Of a stretch of 64,000 nt of DNA, positions 9,451 to 19,039 are shown piece after piece. Positions within the stretch are counted from its first letter, which is position 1. The number at the start of each line of letters is the position of its first letter. Position numbers and translations under genes: made by a program. The DNA is from Sumerlaeia bacterium (GTDB lineage: Bacteria; Sumerlaeota; Sumerlaeia; SLMS01; JAHLLQ01), in NCBI GenBank assembly GCA_040219255.1, contig JAVJSW010000060.1:160001-224000 (forward strand). The letters are read 5' to 3'. The notes under the pieces are model-generated. The model was not told the origin of the DNA. It did not search any database and worked only from the letters and a program-made list of their open reading frames with translations.

Positions 9451-11265
9451 ATGACGACTCCTCCCCGCTCTTCTCGACTCCGCCGCCTAAGCCTCTGGCT
9501 CGTTGCTGTGGGGTTTGGGCTGTTCGCGGCTTGGGGATTGCTGGTCGCGTCGGCCGAGGGCTACGCGCGCCACGAACTGCGCCAGCGCCTCGAAGAACGC
9601 CTCGGCGTGCCGGTTTCCGTGGGCGGGGTGGATTTGCAGCCCTTGCGCGGGCGGGTACGGGTCCGCGGCCTCTGGATCGCCCAGCCGACGGGCTTTGAAG
9701 GAGGCGGGGCGCTGCTCTCTATCGATCAGGCCGAGGCGGAGGTGGTCCTGCGGAGTCTGCGCAGCGACGTGGAAATCCGCATCCCGCGCATCGAAATCGC
9801 GGGCGTGCGCGGCCGCTTCGAGCGCCTCGCCGATGGCCGCACGAACATCCGCCAGGTCGCCGCCCACGAACCCGCCGCCCTGGAGGTTCCCGAACCCGCG
9901 CCGCCAGCCGCCGAAGAACCGCCCGCGCCGGCCTCGGGGCCTCCCCCCGCCGAAGTCGAAACCGAACCTGAACCCAACGAACCCGAACGCCGCGAGCCAA
10001 AGCCCCGCGTGGTCATCGGAGAAATCCGCCTCGCCGATTGGGAAGTGACGGTGGCGGATTGGCTGTCGGAGAAGGACTCCGGCGAGGCGCGGTTTGTGGT
10101 GGGCGAGGTGGCGCTGCGGCGGCTGGAAATCCCCGGCGTCAGCGACCGCGAGGAGTTCCGCGCGGTGCCCGAAACGGAACTGGAACTGGCCGGCCTGCTC
10201 CTGGAGGACCCGGAGCAGTTCGGCCCCGGGGCGATGCTGGCGGTGCCATCGCTGCGGGCCAGCTTCGATCTCGCTCGAACTCGCGCGGGCGAACCGGCCT
10301 TCAGCCTGATCGAAGCCGACGGCGTGCGCTACACCCTGGCGTCGAACGAGCGCGGACGCCTGAACCGAAAGACGTTGGACGAAATCCTCGATAGCGTTTT
10401 CAAAACGGACAATGAGGACGACGAAGACGAGGAAAAGGAGGAGGCTCCGCCCAAGGTAACTGCCGCGCCAGCGCCCTCGCCCGAACCGGCGGAAGCCCAG
10501 CCCGCGCCGGCCGCCGAAACCGCGCCTGTACCGGCAACGGAGCCGGCCCCCAGACGCCGCCGCGCCAAGCCCCGCGATCCGTTCCGCCTTGATCGCCTGG
10601 TCCTGCGCGACGCTGTCTTTGACCGCCAATGGTGGGACGATGAAGCGGAGGCGTGGCAGCGGGCCGGAACGGGGTCGCTGGTTTTGGAGCTGACCGGCCT
10701 GCGAGCGCCTTCGCCGCCGGGGCGGCCGTTCGCGCTGACAGTGAGGGCCAGCCCCTTGAGTGACCGGGGCCACCTGACGCTGACGGCTGAGGGCGTGCCC
10801 TATCCGGACGCCCCAGCGTCGCCGACGCTGACCCTGGCGATTTCCGGCGAGGCGCTGGCGCTGCATCGCTACCTGGCGATGCCGGGAGACGACGAGGACG
10901 AGCAGGGGCCCTCGCGGGTCCAGTCGGCATGGATGGACCTGGAGGCCCAAGGCCAGGTGGCTGGCGGGCGTGGCGCGATGAGCCTTGAACTCGCCTTCTC
11001 AGATGTGACCGTTCGCCCCGACGAGCGTTCCTTTCTGGAACGGCTCAGGCCGAGCCGCGCCGACCGAACGGCTAACGACCTGGCGCAGGCCGCCGCCGAA
11101 GCCCCCGATGGCCGAGCCGAGATGCGGGGCGAATCGGCGCTGGTCCTGGAAGAATGGAACGGAGCCTTCGGCCCGTTGTTCGTGCTGGCGCATTGCGCCG
11201 TGGCCGATGCGTTCGGGCTGAGTGATCCGCTATGCGCGGCGTATTCGGGGGAAGAGGCGAAATAG
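9451..11265 (+). CDS. AsmA/DUF748-like membrane-anchored protein with Pro/Glu-rich linkers
   Basis: N-terminal TM followed by 'LGVPVSVGGVDLQPLRGRVRVRGLWIAQPTGF...LLSI' and a second similar repeat unit ('LLLEDPEQFG...MLAVPSL'). Confidence 0.65.
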   Translation: MTTPPRSSRLRRLSLWLVAVGFGLFAAWGLLVASAEGYARHELRQRLEERLGVPVSVGGVDLQPLRGRVRVRGLWIAQPTGFEGGGALLSIDQAEAEVVLRSLRSDVEIRIPRIEIAGVRGRFERLADGRTNIRQVAAHEPAALEVPEPAPPAAEEPPAPASGPPPAEVETEPEPNEPERREPKPRVVIGEIRLADWEVTVADWLSEKDSGEARFVVGEVALRRLEIPGVSDREEFRAVPETELELAGLLLEDPEQFGPGAMLAVPSLRASFDLARTRAGEPAFSLIEADGVRYTLASNERGRLNRKTLDEILDSVFKTDNEDDEDEEKEEAPPKVTAAPAPSPEPAEAQPAPAAETAPVPATEPAPRRRRAKPRDPFRLDRLVLRDAVFDRQWWDDEAEAWQRAGTGSLVLELTGLRAPSPPGRPFALTVRASPLSDRGHLTLTAEGVPYPDAPASPTLTLAISGEALALHRYLAMPGDDEDEQGPSRVQSAWMDLEAQGQVAGGRGAMSLELAFSDVTVRPDERSFLERLRPSRADRTANDLAQAAAEAPDGRAEMRGESALVLEEWNGAFGPLFVLAHCAVADAFGLSDPLCAAYSGEEAK

Positions 11266-11335
11266 CCGCCGCCGGGCATGAATACCGCTCCATCCCGGGC
11301 GTAAAGATCGCAACGCCAGAGAAAGAACCCTCCCC

Positions 11336-11815
11336 ATGCGCTACAAAGTCCGTGAGAAAATCTTCGCCATCGGCGACGCCTTCACCATCGAGGACGAGCA
11401 CGGCAACGCCGCGTTCAAGGTGAAGAGCAAAATCCTGAGTTTCCGCAACCGCATGGAAATGGAGGACGCGAGCGGCAAGGATGTGGCGACGATGCACAAG
11501 AAAATCGTGGCGTTCTTCGAGACCTGGACCGTCGAAATCGCGGGCGGTCCGGCGGTGAAGGTCAGGCGGGGCATCAAGTTGTTCGGGTCGCGCTTTTCGA
11601 TTTCCGGCGGGGGAGAGAAGCTGGACGCGCGGGGATCGTTCTACGACTACAATTTCGAGATCACCCGCGGCGGCCGCACGGCGGCGGTGGTCAGCAAGAA
11701 GTTCTTCGCGCTCTCGGACACCTACGGCGTCGAGGTGGCCGACGGCGAGGACCCGGCGCTGATGATGGCGCTGGTGATTGTCTTCGATCAAATTTTCCAC
11801 GAAGAACGAGACTGA
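11336..11815 (+). CDS. LURP-one-related / tubby C-terminal-like (scramblase-fold) protein
   Basis: 'KIFAIGDAFTIEDEHG', 'VSKKFFALSDTYGVEV' and a C-terminal hydrophobic helix. Confidence 0.85.
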   Translation: MRYKVREKIFAIGDAFTIEDEHGNAAFKVKSKILSFRNRMEMEDASGKDVATMHKKIVAFFETWTVEIAGGPAVKVRRGIKLFGSRFSISGGGEKLDARGSFYDYNFEITRGGRTAAVVSKKFFALSDTYGVEVADGEDPALMMALVIVFDQIFHEERD

Positions 11816-11913
11816 ATTTTCCGCCCTTGCGCCAAGGCAATCGCTCCCGCAAAGGTGAGTCTCCTGGCATTCCGCCGGACCGAGTCTTGTTTCTCTGAGG
11901 TCATTGCCGCATC

Positions 11914-12903
11914 ATGGAATTCTCCGGCGAGCCAGAGCGCCGCGCCTCTCCGCCCCCGAGCGACAACCCGGCCCGCAAACTGGCGGCGAACATCGGACAA
12001 GTCATCGTCGGCAAAGACGACCTGGTGCTGCTGGTCATCGCGGCGATGCTGGCGAACGGCCATGTCTTGGTCGAGGACGTGCCCGGCACCGGCAAGACGA
12101 TGCTGGCGCGCGCGCTGGCGCGCAGCCTTGATTCGTCCTTCAGCCGGGTGCAGTTCACGCCCGATCTGCTGCCCAGCGATCTGACCGGCGTTTCGATCTT
12201 CAATCAGAAGTCGGGTGAGTTCGAGTTCCGGCGGGGGCCGCTTTTCGCGGCGATTCTGCTGGCGGACGAACTCAATCGCGCCACCCCCCGAACCCAGAGC
12301 GCGCTCCTCGAAGCGATGGAGGAACGCACCGTCAGCGTCGATGGCAAGACCTACGATTTGCCCGCCCCCTTCTTCGTCATCGCCACCCAGAACCCGGTCG
12401 AGCAGCAGGGCGTTTACGAATTGCCGGAGGCGCAGCTCGACCGCTTTCTGATCCGGCTGACGCTCGGGTATCCGTCGCGGGCGGAGGAACGCAGGATCCT
12501 GGAGGCCCAGCGCAAAGCCCACCCCATTCACGCCGTCCGCCACATCGCGTCGGTCAACGACATGATCCGGATTCAGGAGCAGTTGCGTGAGGAAGTCGCC
12601 GTCGAACCCAACGTGGCCGACTACATCGTGCGGCTCGTGGCGGCCACGCGCGAACATCGCGACGTGCTGCTGGGGGCCAGCCCCCGGGCGTCTCTGGCGC
12701 TCTATCGGCTGTGCCAGGCGCGGGCGTGGATCGGGGGCCAGCGCTTCGTGACGCCGGACCTAGTCAAGGCCATGGCCCCGGCGGTGCTGTGCCACCGGCT
12801 GCTTCTCAAGGCGCAAAGCCGGCTGGGCGGAATCCAGCCGGAGGCGGTGGTGAAGGAACTGCTGGCCAGCGTCGAAGTCCCGGTGCGGCGCCTGGCGGGT
12901 TAG
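11914..12903 (+). CDS. MoxR family AAA+ ATPase
   Basis: EDVPGTGKT, RVQFTPDLLPSD, LADELNRATPRTQSALLEAM, ATQNPVE, LPEAQLDRF, GASPR. Confidence 0.93.
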   Translation: MEFSGEPERRASPPPSDNPARKLAANIGQVIVGKDDLVLLVIAAMLANGHVLVEDVPGTGKTMLARALARSLDSSFSRVQFTPDLLPSDLTGVSIFNQKSGEFEFRRGPLFAAILLADELNRATPRTQSALLEAMEERTVSVDGKTYDLPAPFFVIATQNPVEQQGVYELPEAQLDRFLIRLTLGYPSRAEERRILEAQRKAHPIHAVRHIASVNDMIRIQEQLREEVAVEPNVADYIVRLVAATREHRDVLLGASPRASLALYRLCQARAWIGGQRFVTPDLVKAMAPAVLCHRLLLKAQSRLGGIQPEAVVKELLASVEVPVRRLAG

Positions 12904-12917
12904 GCGGGCGCCGCGCC

Positions 12918-13313
12918 TCAGGAATCGGCCGCTTTGCCTTCGATGACGTCCTCGTCCGATTCGCCGCGATAGACGCGAAACCTCTTCAACACGTCGTTGA
13001 GCGTCTTCATCGCCATGCCCAGCACCACCGCGTCGTCGATGTAGCCGACGCCGATGATGAAGTCCGGGATCACATCGATAGGGGCGATGAAGTAGAGCAG
13101 CGAGGCGATGATGACCGCCTTGTCCTTCCACTCGAGGGCGAAGCCCGGGTCCCGCATCATGTCATAAAGTGTGCGGACGTCGCGCATCATGCGGCGAACG
13201 AACCGTGCCGCTTTGGCTCCCGTCTGATCGCCGCCCAACCCTTGCAGCTTCTGGTCGAGCTTGTCGTGAACTTTTTGTTCGTCTTCGGGGCGGACGTTAT
13301 CTGGCTTGATCAT
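12918..13313 (-). CDS. YkvA / DUF1232 family protein
   Basis: 'LLYFIAPIDVIPDFIIGVGYIDDAVV' signature. Confidence 0.88.
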   Translation of the reverse strand: MIKPDNVRPEDEQKVHDKLDQKLQGLGGDQTGAKAARFVRRMMRDVRTLYDMMRDPGFALEWKDKAVIIASLLYFIAPIDVIPDFIIGVGYIDDAVVLGMAMKTLNDVLKRFRVYRGESDEDVIEGKAADS

Positions 13314-13613
13314 GGGTGATTTCCTCAAGTGGGGTTGGTGAAAGGGATTCTTGCGGTCCAATATTTCGGGCTCAGGCGCGATTCTGGCGACATCAGAACA
13401 GTCATCAATCGCTTAGTAACGGGAAATTTGACAAGACATTCTCATCTGGGTTGACTCCTGTTTAGGTTCTGTCTAAGTATTCGCGCATGTGTCCAAAATT
13501 TTCGCTGTGCCCCATTGCTCTTCTTCGTGAATCCGATGACATCGTCCGGGAGGTGTCCCCCTCCCGCTTTTCCCTTACTTTTCTCGCTGTGGATTATTCT
13601 CCGGAGGCCAACT

Positions 13614-15335
13614 ATGTCTGAGCTATCTCTCAGCCCTGAGCGAAAGGTGGAAGTCATTTCCCGGGTGACTTCCGCCGTGCTGACTCGCCGAGACCTGACC
13701 GGATTGTTTCAAGCCGTCTGGGAAACGATCAACGATCTCTTCCCCGCCGCGACGGAATTGTCCTTTCAGCGCTACTTCGCCGATAAGCAGTACTTCGAGG
13801 TCGTCGCCTCGAACAAGAAGGGCAACATCGGCGTCCGCTTCGACGACACGGAGAGCACGCCCGGCGGCATCCTCTTCAAGATGAACCGCACCATGATGAT
13901 CAACGACATGGACGTCTTCGCCCAGCAGTCGGGCGTGGATCTGCGGGATTTTTATAAGTCCCAGTTCGGCTCGGGCATCGCCGTGATGCTGCAGCATGGC
14001 GACAAGGCCCTCGGCTACATGTCGGTCCGCAGCGACCAGAAGGGCGCCTTCACGCAAGAAGACAAGACCATCATGGACGCCCTCGGCGGGGTTGTTTCCC
14101 TGGCCTTCGAAAATGCGCTCGCCTTCGACGAGATCAACCGGCTGAAGGAGACGGCGGAAGCCCAGGGCGCCTACCTGCGCGAAGAGGTCGAGTCCTTCTA
14201 TCCGGTCAACGGCATGGTCGGCAAGAGCCTGTCCTTCAAAACGGTGCTCAAACAGATCGAGCAGGTCGCCAAGACCGACAGCACGGTGCTGATCGAAGGC
14301 GAAACAGGCACCGGCAAGGAAGTGGTTGCGCGCGCCATCCACGAGCGCAGCAACCGCTCGGACAAGCCGCTCATCAAGCTGAACTGCGGGGCCCTGCCTG
14401 AGAACCTGGTGGAAAGCGAACTGTTCGGGCACGAGCGCGGGTCCTTTACCGGCGCCGCCGGGCGCCGCATCGGCCGCTTCGAGCTGGCCGATGGCGGCAC
14501 GATTTTCCTCGATGAAATTGGCGAAATGCCGCTGTCGCTTCAGGTCAAACTGCTGCGTGTTCTGCAGGAGCAGGAGTTCGAGCGCGTCGGTGGCGAGAAG
14601 CCGATCCATGTGGACGTGCGGGTGATCGCCGCCACGAACCGCGATCTGCGGACTGAAGTGGCCGCCGGCCGCTTCCGTGCCGACCTCTATTATCGCCTCA
14701 ACGTGTTCCCCATCGCGGTCTCGCCTCTGCGGTCGCGACCCGAGGATGCCGTCTTGCTGGCGAAGCATTTCGTGAAGCAAACGGCGAATCGGATGGGCGG
14801 CAAAGGCTATCAACTGTCCAATGGGTCCCTGAACGCGGTGCAGAATTACCCGTGGCCGGGTAATGTGCGCGAACTCGAGCACTTGGTCGAGCGGGCAGTC
14901 ATCCTCTCGCAGAATGGGATGGTGAATTTAGAGGCGCTGCTGGCGCCCGGTTCCGGGACGAACCAGCAGGCGACCGTCGCATTCCCCGACAGCAAACCGC
15001 CCGCGCCGATCGCGACACCCAATCCGGTGCCGATGCCTTCCGCGCCCGCCGAAAATTCGGCACCATCCGCTCCCAAGGCGGATGCGGCCCCCCCGTCCGC
15101 CACTCCCGACACCTCGGAACTGCTGCGGAATCAAAAGCCGGCGGTTTCGCTGAAGGAAAGTTTCCTGGAAGCGGAGAAGACGGCGATCGAGTCGGCGTTG
15201 GCCGAATGCGATGGGGTGATCGGCGGCAAGAACGGCGCGGCGGCGCGCCTGGGGCTCAAGCGCCAGACTTTGCAGTCGAAGATGAAGAAGCTGGGAATTA
15301 CCCTGTCGCGTCCGCGGCGAGCCGTTTCCAACTAG
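13614..15335 (+). CDS. Sigma-54-dependent transcriptional activator (GAF + AAA+ + Fis HTH, FhlA-like)
   Basis: GGAGG RBS. N-terminal GAF, GETGTGKE, ESELFGHERGSFTGA, FLDEIGE, WPGNVREL, C-terminal HTH (AAARLGLKRQTL). Confidence 0.92.
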   Translation: MSELSLSPERKVEVISRVTSAVLTRRDLTGLFQAVWETINDLFPAATELSFQRYFADKQYFEVVASNKKGNIGVRFDDTESTPGGILFKMNRTMMINDMDVFAQQSGVDLRDFYKSQFGSGIAVMLQHGDKALGYMSVRSDQKGAFTQEDKTIMDALGGVVSLAFENALAFDEINRLKETAEAQGAYLREEVESFYPVNGMVGKSLSFKTVLKQIEQVAKTDSTVLIEGETGTGKEVVARAIHERSNRSDKPLIKLNCGALPENLVESELFGHERGSFTGAAGRRIGRFELADGGTIFLDEIGEMPLSLQVKLLRVLQEQEFERVGGEKPIHVDVRVIAATNRDLRTEVAAGRFRADLYYRLNVFPIAVSPLRSRPEDAVLLAKHFVKQTANRMGGKGYQLSNGSLNAVQNYPWPGNVRELEHLVERAVILSQNGMVNLEALLAPGSGTNQQATVAFPDSKPPAPIATPNPVPMPSAPAENSAPSAPKADAAPPSATPDTSELLRNQKPAVSLKESFLEAEKTAIESALAECDGVIGGKNGAAARLGLKRQTLQSKMKKLGITLSRPRRAVSN

Positions 15336-15378
15336 ACGAAAGCCGCCGGCCGGCTGTCTGACAGAAAAGGATTCTTTT

Positions 15379-15404
15379 TCGCCTCGCTTCGCGGGGCGAT
15401 TTTT
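15379..15404 (+). terminator. Probable intrinsic terminator
   Basis: Hairpin TCGCCTCGC-TTC-GCGGGGCGA followed by TTTTT, just downstream of the sigma-54 activator. Confidence 0.6.
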
Positions 15405-15512
15405 CTTGCTCGAAATCCGATCCAAATCGTCCAATTCGCTCTCGATGGTCTCAAGTTTGCTTTTTCCAGAGAATGCCATATTTTGGGTAAATACGAATTC
15501 GGGAGAGGCAAA

Positions 15513-16013
15513 ATGGCGGAGAGCCGATCGACAACACTTGAGTTAATACTGACGCGCGTTGAGACATGGCAGGGAATCGCCATCGAGCGGGAAGACCACG
15601 GGCAAGTCGTGATCCTTTGCAAAGGCGAGCCCTTGGCGCGCACCATCGGCGAGGAAGCGCTGCAGATCGCCTTCCGCGGTCCCTTGCGCGAGAAAATGAG
15701 TCAAGTCCAGCAATCGTTCGCTGGACCTGTTCGCATGGAGGAGAACAACGCCGCGGTGGTGAGCCTGACCGGGCCCCGCGCCGTGGAGGAGCCCATCCGG
15801 CTCTTGCTCAATGCCTACATGATGGCGCAGAAAACCGATGCGCGGGAATGGAGTCTGGATCGCGATCCCGCCGAGGCCCCGGCGGCCCGCGGGGCGCAGG
15901 CGCCGGAATCGGCGCACCATGCCTTTTCTTCCCTGGCGCCGAAACATGAGCATGAAACCCGCAGCCATGCCAGGCCGCAGAAGCCGCAGCCCAACAACAG
16001 CTACGCCAAATGA
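15513..16013 (+). CDS. Hypothetical protein, degenerate DUF5519/luciferase-domain-like
   Basis: GGAG RBS. 'RVETWQGI...ALQIAFRGPLREKM...IRLLLNAY' resembles the DUF5519 pattern but lacks its HxH motif. Confidence 0.5.
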   Translation: MAESRSTTLELILTRVETWQGIAIEREDHGQVVILCKGEPLARTIGEEALQIAFRGPLREKMSQVQQSFAGPVRMEENNAAVVSLTGPRAVEEPIRLLLNAYMMAQKTDAREWSLDRDPAEAPAARGAQAPESAHHAFSSLAPKHEHETRSHARPQKPQPNNSYAK

Positions 16014-16042
16014 AGGTCGCACGAGCGGGAAGAGACTGATAG

Positions 16043-16447
16043 TTAGCCCGGTGCCAATATTTCGGCACCGGCCACGCCCAGCCGCACGGCGGCGAATCCG
16101 GCCAGGAGCGTCACGGTGAGGTAGATCGCCCCGAGCCAATAGTTGCCGTCGGTCACGAAACGATGCGTTTCGAACTTCAGCGTCGAAAACGTCGTCAACG
16201 ACCCCAGATAACCGGTCGCGACGCCGTACTTCAGGGCCGTCTCCCAGGGATGGCCCGCTCCTTTTTGCGCCAGCCACCCGCCCACGAGCCCCAGGAAGAA
16301 CGCTCCGCCCACGTTGGCTACGAACGTTCCCCAGGGAAAGCGCGCCCCCGCCGGATCGTTGTAGAGTCCGGCGATCAGGAACCGCGTCACCGCGCCCAGG
16401 GCCCCGCCGCCCGCCACCAGAAGCAAATTGATCGTGTTTCCGCTCAT
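16043..16447 (-). CDS. crcB: Fluoride efflux channel Fluc/CrcB
   Basis: GGALGAVTRF, FPWGTFVANVGG, TGYLGSLTTFST. Confidence 0.9.
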   Translation of the reverse strand: MSGNTINLLLVAGGGALGAVTRFLIAGLYNDPAGARFPWGTFVANVGGAFFLGLVGGWLAQKGAGHPWETALKYGVATGYLGSLTTFSTLKFETHRFVTDGNYWLGAIYLTVTLLAGFAAVRLGVAGAEILAPG

Positions 16448-16448
16448 G

Positions 16449-17579
16449 TCAGGCGCTCTCTCGCGGATGCTGGCGAATCCGCTGCGCCATGGCCTCGGCG
16501 GTTTCTTCCCAGGTGCGGGCGGCCTCGGGCTTGAGGGACGGGCCGATGCCCGCGGCAAGGGCTTCTCCGCAAGCCGCGATGAAGGCGCCGCTGTCCCCGG
16601 CGACGCGGACCACGGCGCCGTAATCGTCCACCACGTCGGGGATGGGCACCGAGACCACGGGCCGGCCGGAGGCGAGGTATTCGGGCGTTTTGGTGGGGCT
16701 CATGAATCGGGTCAGTTCGTTCACCTTCCACGGAATCAGGCAGACGTCGAACCCGCGAAGGACCTCGGGCAGTTTGTCGTAGGGCTTGGGGCCGAGGTAG
16801 TGGAGGTTCGGCAGTTCCACCGGCGGCCGATTCATCAGGACGAGGGGGCCGATCAGGGCCACGGACCACTGGGGCCGGGCCTCGCAGACGGCGCGCAGCA
16901 ACTCCCAGTCGATGCGTTCGTCCACCGCACCGAAGTAACCGAGGACGGGTTTCTTGAGAGCCGCGACGGCGGGCTCGACGGGTCCGGGCTCGGCGCCCCG
17001 GGCGAAGTGCGGATAGTCGATACCGCTGGGAAAGCAGTGCATGTTGGGATTCGATCCTTCGCGCTGGCGGTGGAGGCTCCGGCCGCCGGTGAAGACCAGG
17101 TCCGCCCGCGCCAGAAGCTCTTTCTCCAGGCCGGGAATGTGAGACGCCGTGGAGGAAAAGGACTGAAACGGGTCCATGCAGTCGTAGACCAGGAGGTCGT
17201 GGGGCAGCAGGTCGAGGTGGGGAAGGAAGCACGGGTGCTGGACCCAGAGGACGCGGCGGCCCGGATCGGCGCCCTGAAGAAACGCCTGACCCGCGCGGCA
17301 GAGGAGGGCTTCGGAGAGGCGGCGCACCGGCTGGAAGCGCTTGGAGCCGGGGACGAAGGGCAGGTTCTTCGCGCGGCCGCGTTCACCGATGGCGAGCGTG
17401 CGTTCGCTGGCGGGCAGGCGGAGCCACTTTTTCGAACTCATCAGCGTCAGGTAGAGGACCTCGTGGCCGAGGGCCTCGAAGCGCGTCATGAGCTGCTGGG
17501 GGCGTTGAAAGAGGTTTCGCTCCCACACGAGGTGGGAGAGGCAGAGGATTCGGAGGGGCGGATCGTTGGGCAGGCTCAT
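16449..17579 (-). CDS. Glycosyltransferase (GT-B fold, GT4-like)
   Basis: FQRPQQL, LVYDCMD, GYFGAVDERID, PTKTPEYLASGRPVVS. Confidence 0.88.
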   Translation of the reverse strand: MSLPNDPPLRILCLSHLVWERNLFQRPQQLMTRFEALGHEVLYLTLMSSKKWLRLPASERTLAIGERGRAKNLPFVPGSKRFQPVRRLSEALLCRAGQAFLQGADPGRRVLWVQHPCFLPHLDLLPHDLLVYDCMDPFQSFSSTASHIPGLEKELLARADLVFTGGRSLHRQREGSNPNMHCFPSGIDYPHFARGAEPGPVEPAVAALKKPVLGYFGAVDERIDWELLRAVCEARPQWSVALIGPLVLMNRPPVELPNLHYLGPKPYDKLPEVLRGFDVCLIPWKVNELTRFMSPTKTPEYLASGRPVVSVPIPDVVDDYGAVVRVAGDSGAFIAACGEALAAGIGPSLKPEAARTWEETAEAMAQRIRQHPRESA

Positions 17580-17682
17580 GGCGGGTGGGAGCTTGTGCGC
17601 GGCGGCGGCCCGTGGCAAGGGGACGATGCGCGACACACCTGAGGCTTGCCACGGCGGGGCGTTTGCGGTCAGCACATCGCCT

Positions 17683-19032
17683 ATGAAAACGCCCGCCTTC
17701 CTCACCCCCGCCCGCCGCCTGCTCGCGCTCAAGATCGTCTTCGGATTGTTCCTGGCCTTCAGCTTCGTCCGCAGCATCGACCAGATCTGGGACTACAACG
17801 ATTTCGAGGTTTTCTACTTCGCCGGTCAGCTCGCCGCCGAGCGCAGCCCTGAACTGTTCGATCTCGACTCGCCGGTCAAGGGCCGCCCGTACCTGTACCC
17901 GCCCATCGCGGCGATCACGTTCATTCCGCTGGGGGCGTTGCCCTACAAGGTGGCGGCCGTCGCTTGGTCGGTACTGAAGGTCTTCGCCCTCGCGGCGTTG
18001 CTCCTGGGGGCGGTGGCGTCTTCGCGGCCCAGCCCGTGGTGGGCGTTCGACCTGCGGTTTTGGGGGGTCGTCATGCTGACGCTGCTCGTCACGGCACGGT
18101 TCATTGATGGCGATATCAAGGGTGGCCAGATCAACATCCTGGTGGCCGCGCTCAGCGTCTGGGGCGTGTACGGCATGATGCTGTGGCGGAGGCTGTGGTG
18201 GCTTGGGGCGTTGCTGCTGTCGTTCGGCGTGGCGCTGAAACTGACGCCGCTGTTGCTGCTGGCGGTGCCGTTTCTGCATCGGCGGTGGGGCGGGCTGGCG
18301 GTGTGCCTGGTGGCGTCGGCGGTTTTCCTGATGGTGGTGCCGAGGGTTTACTACGGCGGCGAAGCAGCCACCCACCTGTCCGAGCGCATGAGCGCCGCGA
18401 CGGACGAGAGCATTCTCTCCGCCAAGTATCGCGATCGCCAAGTTTCCCTCAGCGAAGTCCTTCTGTTCTCTCTCGCCCAGGCGCAGATGCCGGACGGCGT
18501 GTTCGAGCGGAAGGGCGATTACTACACCCGCGATGCCGATGGCGAGCGGCAGGAGTACTCGGTGCCCGATCCGATTTCGGCGGGCGCGGCGAAGGGCTTC
18601 ATTTTGGCGGTGGCGGTGTTGGCGGGGTTCCTGTTTCTGGCGGTGCGGTGGAAACTGTTCCAAGGGCGCGGAGGCGATTGGACCTGGGATTTGGCGATGC
18701 TGTGCGCGATCACGTTCTTGCTGGTGCCGTTGGTGCGCAAGGCGCACCTGGTGTTGCTGATCGTGCCGGTGGCGTGGGTGATCCGGCGGGTTTGGGACGA
18801 GGTGGCAGCGGATGCCGAGGGCTGGCGCGGGTTCATGCGGCGGCGCAAGGTGGCGGCCGGCCTGGCCCTGGCGAGCGGCGTGCTGCTGCTGCTGTCCGAT
18901 GACGTGGCGCTGCCCGTTCCCGGTTTCGCGGCGCCGCTGCGGGCGAGTTTGACGGTGGCGCTCTTCGCGCTGATCGGGGCGTGTGTGGCGCTGGGGCGAG
19001 ATGCGCTTCAAGCGGCTCCTGTGGATCGCTGA
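17683..19032 (+). CDS. Polyprenyl-phosphate-sugar-dependent membrane glycosyltransferase (GT87/DUF2029-like)
   Basis: NDFEVFY, PYLYPP, GQIN, ALKLTP, about 10 TM helices. Confidence 0.8.
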   Translation: MKTPAFLTPARRLLALKIVFGLFLAFSFVRSIDQIWDYNDFEVFYFAGQLAAERSPELFDLDSPVKGRPYLYPPIAAITFIPLGALPYKVAAVAWSVLKVFALAALLLGAVASSRPSPWWAFDLRFWGVVMLTLLVTARFIDGDIKGGQINILVAALSVWGVYGMMLWRRLWWLGALLLSFGVALKLTPLLLLAVPFLHRRWGGLAVCLVASAVFLMVVPRVYYGGEAATHLSERMSAATDESILSAKYRDRQVSLSEVLLFSLAQAQMPDGVFERKGDYYTRDADGERQEYSVPDPISAGAAKGFILAVAVLAGFLFLAVRWKLFQGRGGDWTWDLAMLCAITFLLVPLVRKAHLVLLIVPVAWVIRRVWDEVAADAEGWRGFMRRRKVAAGLALASGVLLLLSDDVALPVPGFAAPLRASLTVALFALIGACVALGRDALQAAPVDR

Positions 19033-19039
19033 CGCTCAC

